64,000 bases of DNA from Girardia tigrina (lineage: Eukaryota). The notes under the pieces are model-generated. The model saw only the letters and a list, made by a program, of their open reading frames with translations. It ran no database searches and was not told where the DNA came from. The stretch is taken from contig MQRK01245180.1 of the NCBI GenBank assembly GCA_001938485.1, forward strand, positions 41,892 through 105,891. The letters run 5' to 3'. The translations under genes were made by a program, and so were the position numbers. Shown piece by piece: positions 53,400-64,000 of the stretch (positions within the stretch are counted from its first letter, which is position 1; each line of letters begins with the position of its first letter).

Positions 53400-54560
53400 T
53401 CACAGAAAACTCCGGTTGAATTGTTCGTCAAAAAAACGTTTTGATAATTTTTGAAATTTCTGCTTAGCGTATTAAACTTTTTTTACATTAGACCTAGAAA
53501 CTTTATTCATAGGTTCCATAATGTTTCTACTATTTAAAAATCATCTTTGCTTCTGAATTTACAAACAACGATGTCGAGAAGGCTTTTAAATGTATTTGAC
53601 AATTTTCTCATTACCAGAAAATCGATGAACAAGATTTTAATATACAAAAGCTAAAATGATTGAAACAATAATTTTACGCTTTCGAGACTCTTGGTACAAA
53701 TCAATTACACAGCTGATATAGACATTTTTTCGACTTACTCCCAAAATCAAATCTGAATTTTAGCATTCCGATAACTTCGTTTCCTGTAACAACTTAACCG
53801 ATTTGAGGTTCGGGCAATTTGTTTTCTTGTGGTTACCACCACATTCGTAGCCAATTATAGCTTTGCAAAAAACTTTTGATGTATCCGACTTTATTACATC
53901 TAAAACATTTACGTTTGTCGCTCTTCACATTATTGGATAATGCATTATTTTTAAGTTTAAATATTTCATCCTTCAAAGATTTTATTTCTGTCTTTAGTTT
54001 TTGATTCTCCTGAAGTAATTCCGCAATCGATACGCTTTTGTTCATTTTAAACAATTCGTAGTTATTTTCGTCACTATTGTCGCAGTCTTCTTCTTTCACC
54101 ATCCCGAGAGCTTCGGATAGTGTTGTCGGTTTGAGAATTTTGAAGACTTTAGAGATCCGTTTGACCAGTAGTCCGTGCTGGAAAATTTTAACTATGGAGT
54201 CCTCTGATTTGATATTTAGCTTAAACGCTTCCAATTTTACTCTTTTTGTTCTTGCCTCATTTGCCAGATTGGTAACAATTCACTGACTTTAGATCTTTAC
54301 ATGTAGAATTTTTGATCAATTTAGAAGCCAGTGTTTGCGTATTCCAACATTTCTAATCGGATCCGGAATCGCATTGAATTTCTGCAATGAAATCTTTGTC
54401 AAAATACGAATAAAACACCTCCATTTTCATATTGTCGTTATATTTCGCTTCTTCAAATAATGTTAAAAATTCTTTAACATTATTGATGTGTTTCGCAATC
54501 GATTTTTCCTTCAGATGAATTTTTTCGAAGATAAACAATTTTTCTTTTTTTTCTTGAATA
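53400..54560 (-). mobile_element. LTR retrotransposon gag (and possibly protease) relic
   Basis: IFQHGL...KPTTLSEAL, a coiled coil and a degenerate zinc knuckle KCFRCNKVGYIKSF. Frameshifted. Confidence 0.75.
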
Positions 54561-55945
54561 TGATTTCTTCTAAAAACGTCTTAAATAAAAGATTAATAAG
54601 ATGGATTATAAAATATTTATTAACAACAAAAACGTGTTTAAATAGTAATATTTAAACATATCAATTCCTATTTTTTAATAATTTCTATTTTTTTATTCAT
54701 TTTTTTTAATAATTATCATAAATGATAATATAATGGAATTAGACAAATAGAACACTCCATATGATCTGAAATATTTGATATTCGATAAAATAATAGTTAA
54801 AATATATTTTACTACTCAAACAAAATATTTATTTTTTTTAATTAAATAATTTTTTAAATAAAGAAATAAATAATTAATTTAATTAAAATAAATTTAACTT
54901 TTTAAATAGTTGTTAAAAATAAATTTCAAATATTAGAAATTAAATTAATTTAGAATAAAAAAATATTTTTTTTCATATTATTTGATAATAATGTTTTTAG
55001 TATTTTGCTGAAATTTATAATGGTATTTTAAAAAGTAAAAATAAATGATCTATATCGTTTTATAATAAATAATAAAACATTTTTATTAAATTATTATATT
55101 TATTTACATTTAGTATAAAATTGTTAAAAGATATTTTTAATTAATGAAAAAATTAAATTTTTATTTTTATCTGAATAAAATCGTAATTATAAATTTTAAA
55201 ATACTTTTGTAAAAAATAATGATCTGAAATAAATAATACAAATTATGTAAAATTATTTCTTAAATATTATTATTTATGTTTTTTTTAATTTTTTTGTTTT
55301 AAAAAATAGGTTTGGAAAGTTAATATTTTATCTGTTGTTAAATTAATATTTATTTATTTTAAACCATAATTTAAATGTAATTTATTAATTTAAATGAAAA
55401 TGATATAAAATAAAACATTTTTGCTTAAGCAATACCAAAACAATAAATATCGTAACATTTTTATTAATAAAAAACTGATTTTTAAAGTTTTCAGTAAAAA
55501 AGTAATAATTGATAGTCTTATTAATGAGTTTCAGTTTACAGATTTTTTATATTTTTGATAATTATTAAATAAACATCATAAAGCAAATTTTTCCTACCCT
55601 CCTCCGTCTCTCCATCATTAAAGCACAATATGATTACTTTTTGTATTTTCGGAATTAAAATTTAATTTTTGATTTTTAATATAAAACTTTTAAAAGTAAT
55701 ATATTTTATTGTTTAAAATAATACTTTTTAAAAAATTTTAAATCAAATAAAAAAGTTTTTAGAATAAAATCAAAATAAACTTCCAAGTTTAAGAATTATT
55801 ACGGAAAAATGCAAATTTGCGAAGTAAAGATAAATAATATAAATATATTATAATATATTATTACATAATTCAACTCTATCTACTTGGCTGATTTTTTTTG
55901 TGAAAGTGACAAAAAGTTTACTCGATTGTTAAACCTGAGTGTCAG

Positions 55946-56409
55946 TGTTGAGAGAACTCACACATTTGACGGAACATTTATTACATTCACATTTTTGATC
56001 ATCTTTATGATGATCTATAGTATTGTTTTCACTTAGATCCATCACTCAATGTTTAATACTTCTCATTCAATTCTGAACTAATTTGAAGAAAATTATTTGA
56101 TTTAAATTATTTAATTTAAATTTTATTGGCTAAAATAAAATTACTTTTTATAATTACTTTTAAACATTAATTTGATTTTAATTATTTAAAAATTTACAAA
56201 AATAAAATCAATAAAATTATTTAAGTTACAATAATAAAAATTAAAAAATTTGAACATTAAATCTAAATTTAAATAAATTAGTTTCAGATTATAAGAATTA
56301 AAATATTGATCATCCATCTGATTAGGAGAGGCACAATCCCAAATCAACACACACCATTTAAACATGCAAGCACTACACAAAAACATTCACACAACAAATA
56401 TTCCTCACA
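55946..56409 (-). mobile_element. Solo LTR (464 bp) with perfect 5-bp TSD
   Basis: TG...CA termini flanked by GTCAG on both sides. Shares the AATATTCCTCACA end and CCATCTG motif with the other four LTRs. Confidence 0.88.
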
Positions 56410-57722
56410 GTCAGGCTGTGAGGAGTCGTGACCCTGCAGTCGTGTGGTCGATTGCATCGCAATGATCCAGGGTTTCTAATCCTAGTGAGGGGTGTTGTGA
56501 AGCCGATTCGCCGGTGGAGGTTAGGCATGGATCCCGACATTGGGGGAGTACCTATTGAAGCCATTAGCGTCTCAGTCCTCCTAAAAAGCTTCAGGTTTAA
56601 TATCTTTATAGAATGAGAGGTTCACTCGATTGTTAAATTGAACAAATTTATTTTTTATTTCTCAAGAGAAACAAAATATTAAATGAAAGTAATTTACTGT
56701 GTCTGGATCATGACAAGTCTTTCAATGACGTTTTTTGAAAATATCTTGTTTGAAAATTACTTTTTTAATTGTTTTTTAAAAGCGGAATCTGACAAATTTT
56801 GATTTATGTTACTTTTGAAAAAATAAAAAATTTTTACAATATTTAGTCTTTATTTGTTTACATATGAACACACGAAGAACTTTGAGAGTGAAAAAGTAGA
56901 AACATTTTGATGAAGTCTGTATGAATAGTTGGACATACCAAACATTCTGTACAATCTTCTAGTCATCGGAGAATGTCTTCATAACCAAACTCAATTAAAA
57001 AACAAAATAATGTCCATAAAAAACTTTTTATAGTCATTAGGCAGCAGATAATCTTAATTTTTGTCATTATAAAATTATATGTCATACTGATTAATGTATA
57101 ATAATTCTGAAAGTATCTTAAAATAACATTCATTGCAGATATATAAAATTCTTTTAGCGAACAGAAAATTTCCTTTTAGTTAGAAATCCCAACAGGAAAT
57201 GTTTAATTCTTTAAAATCGCACATCATTGATGTTGGAATTTTTAATAAATATACTCTGTTTTATGATGGTCAGAGTTTTCAGCTTGGCGACATTTTTAGA
57301 AAACATCCTCATCTTGCAAAGAAGAACAGAAAAAACATTAAATAAAAGGGAATGGGAATAATGGATTATTTTATTTTTTTGATTTCTTCTGAAATACTCA
57401 TTATAACGAAAGAAAATTTATTCGATAAAAAATATTTTGTTAAATATATTGTTTATGAGAGAAATATTTCACAAAAATTATTCTATGTTAATTTGAATTT
57501 CTAATTTGAAATCTTTGAATTTTATTAATATAGTACAATTATATATTTTTCGAAAAAGTTTTCGAGGAACATTTTTTTCTTTTTATACATAAATATTATG
57601 AAATATAAATACGAATTCTTAATTTATTATTTATGTAATTTGGGAATTTCAAAATTAATTTTATCGCATTACTTTTTTTTAATTTTTTTACAAAATCTTT
57701 TAATTGTAATCAGTTTTCATTT

Positions 57723-58117
57723 TATTAAGAACATTAATTGGGTTTCCTTTGCATTTATTATTATCACAATTTGAAATGCCACTAGAACAATTCTCCGTAA
57801 AACTTGCGTAGCTCGTCATTGTTCTTGATTGATAATCTTTAATAATATTTTTTAACGTCTTATTATTCAAACAAATTTAAAATACAATTTAATTATTACA
57901 AAAATAATTTATACTTTAATTTTGAAATAATTTTTATTTATTTTAAGAAAATATTATTTATTTATTAGTTTAATTTTAAAGTGATTATTTATATTTTAAT
58001 AATTGATTAAACAACCCGACGTTTTAAAATATTTAAGATATCAATCTTCCATCTGAGTGAGAGAAACGCAATCCTAAAACAACATACAACAAACACCATT
58101 CAAAAATATTCCTCACA
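57723..58117 (-). mobile_element. Solo LTR (395 bp, subfamily B)
   Basis: Near-identical to 35348-35742. Flanks do not match as a TSD. Confidence 0.8.
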
Positions 58118-59454
58118 ATAACGATGTTTCAATAATATTATTATTTTTTAAACATTAAATATTTTCAACCATAATGTTTTTCAATATTTTAATTTATAAA
58201 GACATTTTTTTTAAATATTTTGAAATCTCCTTTAAAGTATTTTAAATACTCAAATTCCAAAATTTGTGTGAGCTCCCCAAAATCCTAACATTTATTTAAT
58301 TAAATATTTTTAAATAATGTAGAAGTCTGGCTACAAATATTGAAAAATAGTTCTTTACCGTGTTTTATGAATTTATGTGTCTCAAAAAAAATTATTTATA
58401 TTTTAATTAATAAATTTATGTTTATTTTTAAAGCATTTTCACCGGAAATCTAATAAGTACTGTTTCGTTTTCGATTTCACGGAATCTTACATAGAAATTT
58501 ATGTATAAACTATTTAATAATATTTACAAGAGTAATGAAGGATGAAACAAAATTTTTTGAAGAATATTTTATGTGAATGACGTATTTGAACAAATTTCTT
58601 TTGAAGCAGAAATCGTTGGACAAAAAGCGATGCCAAACATTTCAGAATAATTTGTCTGGGGAATTCCCTAACAATTCCGCATTTGAAACAACAAAAAAGT
58701 AACAAAATTATAATGATAATTAATTAATTACTATTATTTAATAATATTATTCATAGTAACATTTGAATAAGAATAGTTGAAAAATTTAGTTGTTGCTATA
58801 TAAAGTATTGATGGACTTGTAATATTCTACTTTATAGTTTACCTGGTCCGATTCACTGAATTCCTATATCCTCACTCCATCCACAAAAATAATAAAAAAT
58901 GGACTTTTCTGCGATATTTTTTTAGTTTTAGTAACTTTTATATAAGATTGTGAGGATGGGACTTGCTCCTTTAGATTTTTATTTATGTTTATTAAGTTCG
59001 TGGTTTTGTTGCGATGAAATTTCCGAAAAAAGACATTTTTGAAACTTTTATTTAAGAGCAATAGTAAAACTTATTTAAAAAAAATTTTTATTAAGTAAAT
59101 TTCTCGGGAATGATTTTTCATTTTTCTTGCACAAACCAATAATATCTAAATAATAAATATAAAAATATGTTAATTTTTTATTTTGGAAGTTTTATATTGT
59201 ATTTAATTTTTTTAATTTAAAAACTATTATAAACATAAACTACCTTCAAATGTTTTATATTAATTTTTGTATTTAATTAAATATATTGTTTTTAAATATT
59301 GTATTTTCTTTTGAATAATCATTTTATTAAACTTCATTAACATTTAATATTTATTATGATATTTAGTTTTTTTCCATTTTGTATTTACTTTTAAAGTTGA
59401 ATAAATTCTGTTACAATATTTTCCGGATCTTATCTTTAATTTTTATAAAATTTT

Positions 59455-59930
59455 TTATAAATTCTGCTTCACGATTTCTATACCATGGAAAAGTTGTTTC
59501 AGTTCTAGTAAATTCTTAATCTTTAAACATGATCCCAGTAACTCTGATGAAATTTTTGATAAATTCAAATCTCGAACAAGGTCGTTTAATTCAGCCTGAG
59601 AAAATGCTCGTCTAGAATCTGAATTGCTAAGTGAAAAATTGTCTTTATCAGTTTCAACAACATCGTCAAAACTAGATGCATAATTTGACAAAACGTCTGC
59701 TATGTCAATTGGTATCAGAACAGGAATGTCATCTCCATGGGGTACTGGTGTCAATGCTGAAGGCAAAATAGGATATAATATATCTTTTTTATTCCTTTGG
59801 TGTTTACCACGCAGAAGTAACAATCGTCTGTGTGATTTTTGGTTTCACGCAAAATCATTGGAATTCCAAAACTTAAAGAAGTTTTCAAACCTCTGCTCCA
59901 ACTTCTTAGTCCTTCTACACATGTCCATTC
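59455..59930 (-). mobile_element. Decayed Chapaev3-like transposase fragment
   Basis: ILYPILPSALTPVPHGDDIPV...FSQAELNDLVRDLNLSKISSELLGSCLKIKNLL. Same type of protein as 25040-25870. Confidence 0.65.
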
Positions 59931-59949
59931 TACATGGTATTCTATTTGC

Positions 59950-61010
59950 TTGGCTATTTTAGGAGACTAACTCTTCTCTTGTGGAAAAGGTCCGAGTTGA
60001 ATGTAGAGGTGTGCTTTAAGTCGTTGTCCGGTTGGAATATCCAACCACGATCCATCAAAAACCTTGTACTGGGAAGCATATGTATCTCCAGAATGTCTTT
60101 GAAGACATAAAGATCAATGGTGTCTCAAATGCGACAAAGATCACAAAGTATATGTTTCTTCTCTGGCCAAATGTAGCCATTTTTACATTTTTTCCAGCAG
60201 AGAGAAATATTTCTGTTTCCTTCATTAGGCTCTTTAATTTATATTTCTCTCTCTCAAATCAGTTCAATATACACTACATCTCTAATCCAAATGGACCATT
60301 AGGAGACGTCTCCATTAAATGAGTTATTTTTATTCGGCCGAACAACCCGACACCGGTAGCTTGCTTCACCAAATTTGACGGTTTAAGGATGATAATGAGT
60401 CTCTTTTTTAAAACGTCTTATATATGTTATTACAACCAATTTGAAAAGAAGACTCGTTAGAAAAGTTTGCGGATGTCTAATAGAGATGCTTCCTCTCTAA
60501 TGCGACTTCCTATAAGCCTATTTTTTATAGAAATCAACAGTTTCCTGACCTGACGTCTTCCATATAGTCGATGAAAAAAGCTTAAGCACATGAGTTTTGT
60601 TCATCATTTCAGTCTGTGACGGAAACCGTGCCTCACTCATTTCATCGCCGTTCACGAAAATTTTATAAATTACAGATACTCGATGTTTTTGAATTCGAAT
60701 GTTTCAAAAACAAATTTTGTAGAAATTTTGTCGAAACCATTTTAGAGATCCTTCTTGTTCAAGTAAAAGGATAGACAATTTTGTTCGCGTCGTTTGCTGT
60801 GTTCACGATGATAGTATCTTCTCTCTAAGTGATCTTACTGGGTCGGTCAGATCGGAAAAGAGTGCCATGGTGTTGGTGAGACTTACAACGAGATAGCATG
60901 CACATTACCGTTTTTCTGGAGAGTCTGAACTGCTCGAAGAGTTCTTTGATAGAGATAGAGACAATCGCAAATAGTCTTGTAGATGTTTCTAGAGATTTCA
61001 CAAACCTTAT
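59950..61010 (-). mobile_element. Decayed LINE (RT remnants and zinc-finger-like tail)
   Basis: Weak RT-like remnants and HILCDLC...LEIHM on the minus strand. Confidence 0.45.
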
Positions 61011-62133
61011 CCATCTACAAAAGTAACGATAATTAATATAAATTATTAAAAATATATATAAAATTTAGGTCACAACCTGTAAACTAATTCAGCTTTAATA
61101 AAATATTTCGACTGATTAAGGAGGTAAAAATTTTGTGGTAACCTACAGTAATCCAGTATTACTTGATACACTAAAAATCAAGATGTACTCACAGAAAAAT
61201 AGAGAGCGTGTTTCAAATGCTTTCATATTTTAGTGACAAAAACCTTTATTTTGGAAAAGTTATTAAATAACACGATGTGCAAATACTTGTGACCGCTACT
61301 GCATGTGATATTGGCATAAAGTATTATTAAAAAATAATGTAAAACTTTTATAACAATTTTACGAGACATCAAGACAAATGAAGGAAGAGGGAATAAAATC
61401 AACATAACAAATTATATTCAATGAAACTTAAAACAATATATTCTTACTAAAATTAAAATGAGTATCTTTCTGAATGGTAGGTCTTGTGGTGAAGATCACG
61501 ACTTTCTGTTTTTTGGCCTATTCATTACTTCCTTAGATAATATAATATTTAGAAGTACATTATCTGATTCTATAATAATATATAATGATGACGTTGTAAT
61601 TGTATTTTATTTATTGCTTCCTTATATCAAACAATATTTCGAAATATTTGACCTTATTTTATAAAAATATATTTATACGGACAAATTTAATGAAGTGAAA
61701 ATAGTCCCTATTTACGGGACAAAAACAATCCTCTATTTTTACAAAATAATATTTTATCGCTTTACTGGATAAGTTGAACGTCTACAGTTTGCTTATGATT
61801 AAATCATAAGAGAATAAAATGAAGTAAATGTTTTTAATTATATTAATTAATACATCAAAAGTAATTATTACAATATATACTAACCTTATCATTCTTAAGA
61901 AGAGTTTCATTAACCTTTTCTTTTTCTTTGTGATTTTCCTCCATACAACAGTTATTATTGTGAAGAATAATGTCTTAATTAACGACCGAAAGGTTTTATT
62001 GTTTTCCCCAATTAGGCAACCTTTGAGACTTTCTATTAATATTTATCTATTGAAATTTCTAATTAATGAACCTTTGCAAATAAATTAATTGTTCGGATTA
62101 TTTCAATATCTATCAATCTCTGTTTTAAATGTA

Positions 62134-62170
62134 ATATAATATAATATAATATAATATAATATATTATATT
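62134..62170. repeat. (ATATA)n microsatellite
   Basis: Direct reading. Confidence 0.9.
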
Positions 62171-62792
62171 ATATAGTATAACATAATTTAATATAAAAAA
62201 CATTGAATGTCGTTCACGGTGATGGTTATGTCTGTCCAGACAAAATCATCCTGAGCTTTTGTTAACCATTTCAAAGGATGAGGAGTGCCAGTCGGAATTT
62301 CATTTTAAATATGTGTTGGATTTTATATTATTATTTTTAATTTTATTTACATAGATTAATTTGTTTTAAGTGTCAATGTTCCCATATGAGACTAATTTGA
62401 CCCAATATATTATTTGGATATGTTTCTCTGCTAAGGGTCCCTAACCAATACTTATCAGAGATCCATATTATACCCAATCAATCTCATCTGGCCCTTTGAT
62501 TTCGCCAGTGAAATTGATGAAGTACTTATTGGGTTATACATAAATAAGTTATCGTTTTATTACATATAGAGGTAGATTTTAGAAGTGAAGAAGAGAATCT
62601 TGAATCAATCTATGAATAAATGTTATATAAGTATATTACTTAATATGTGTGATTATAAGATTATATATATATATACGTGTGTGTATTTAAAATGTGTAAT
62701 ATTTTAAATTGTTATTTTTTTTAATGGAATGTTGTGTTTATATCTTTAATTAATTAATTTCCTTGTTTACTTAATTTATTCTTGAATATAAG

Positions 62793-62885
62793 ACGAAGGG
62801 TGATATATTGAAGTTGGTAGATAATCAAAAAAATGACAAATGGTAATATATACCTCACAAGTCACACCATTTAAAGGGTAACTTC
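62793..62885 (+). pseudogene. Possible SH3-domain fragment
   Basis: KGDILKLVDNQKNDKW*Y..H....KG resembles SH3 KGD.L......WW. Confidence 0.25.
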
Positions 62886-63481
62886 AACTGAGGAGGTGAT
62901 CGAATGGTGTAACGATCTATAAAATGAAATTATGGGATTTTCTGTAAAATTATCTTAAAAATCTTTTAAAATCTTACCTTGTAGAATATCATACAGTTTC
63001 TGATATTTAATACGTAATATTTGTTTTTTTTTAATAATAAGTTTTTACATTATCATATTTTGTTGCTTATGCAGCAACAAAATAAAAGGACATTTGACGA
63101 CTTTTCTAAGAACAATAAAAAATGGTCTCTCAAACTGAAATTGAGAGGATGTCGGGCCATCAGAAAATATCTATTATCTCTTATTAAAAAAAGTGGCATT
63201 TTTATTATTATTTCATATCGAAATAAATTAAATAAATAAAATAGTTAACATAAGATTTATAATATTTTGGTTTTATTAAATAATATTAATAAAAATAGAT
63301 TTTCAATAAAAATTTGGAAATTATAAAAAAATAACCCGAAGTCAAAATTTATGCTAATCAAGTTAAACATTTGTCTAAATGAATAGAAACAAAATTGTCT
63401 TAAAAAATCTGAAAAAAATTAAAATATAAAGCCAAAATTTTTAAAAAATATTTTCTAAACAAATTAATAAAAATATTAAAT

Positions 63482-63516
63482 ACTAGAAAAAGACCCGGTA
63501 TATATGACGGAAGAGC
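63482..63516 (-). mobile_element. Possible Helitron 3' end
   Basis: Minus strand CCGTC-ATATAT-ACCGG imperfect hairpin followed by CTAG|T. Confidence 0.35.
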
Positions 63517-64000
63517 TGCATTTTATTCTTTGAAAGTTTCTGTTTTAATTTTAAAATCATAATTATAATTTATTGTTTCAAATTCTGTGTTAATTTTATA
63601 TTTAATATTGTTGGAATTTATTACCTTAGAATAAGAAGAAGAAAACAAAATCATTTTGCTTTCTTCTAATTTGCAAAAAAAGGGAAACTCGCTTTCGAGT
63701 TTATTATTTATAAAATAAAAACAATAAAAAAATCGAAAATAATATTAATAAATTTCGTTTTCGGATTTAACTTGAAAGAAAACAAAAAATGTAAATATTG
63801 TCATTTATTAAAATATAAAAACAGTAATTCGGTGGAGAAAGGAAATTTAAAAATGATTTAAAAATTTCATGCCGAAAAATAAGAATGAATTTGTCATCGT
63901 TCTCCTGGGAAAAATCAGTCATTAATTTTGTGTATTTTTGTTCGCTGTCTTTTGCGGATTTTGTTTTATTTTTTGTTTGAAAAATTCAAAATCGAAATTC

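Noticed and set aside
56560-56600. RNase P CR-I-like GGAGGACTGAGAC
   Set aside because: No matching CR-V/P4 partner is visible.
56530-56615. Kinase-like words (YKDIKPE, MASIGTPP) on the minus strand
   Set aside because: They are in different frames, one is followed by a stop, and no other kinase motifs are present.
35348-58117. Giant (~23 kb) LTR retrotransposon bounded by the two 395-bp repeats; likewise 7506-27622
   Set aside because: Outer flanks do not form a TSD, individual copies have their own near-TSDs, and the interiors hold unrelated elements and a host gene. Solo LTRs fit better.
61458-63239. Short F/I/L/K-rich ORFs here and across the window
   Set aside because: Expected by chance in very AT-rich DNA, with no motifs or splice support.

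Overview
Very AT-rich eukaryotic nuclear DNA with ~50-80 nt GT-AG introns. The 28S fragment and transposon content suggest an invertebrate, plausibly a planarian-type flatworm (inference). The window is mostly a transposon graveyard. One clean spliced host gene (3' five exons, 19644-24326, +) encodes an uncharacterised low-complexity protein. Isolated gene fragments include HID1, CFAP100/CCDC37-like and 28S rRNA. DNA transposons include a full-length intron-bearing Minos-type Tc1, other Tc1/mariner and Tigger relics, hAT, Chapaev3-like relics and MITEs. Retroelements include five related solo LTRs, a gag relic, several LINE relics and at least six Penelope-like relics carrying minimal hammerhead ribozyme motifs. 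The most unusual observation is that two diverged copies of a zinc-finger-tailed LINE join a Penelope GIY-YIG endonuclease gene at the same nucleotide (the Tyr codon of YIG). This suggests a retrotransposon that targets Penelope elements, or a LINE-Penelope/hammerhead chimera. All family calls come from manual motif recognition; no searches were run.
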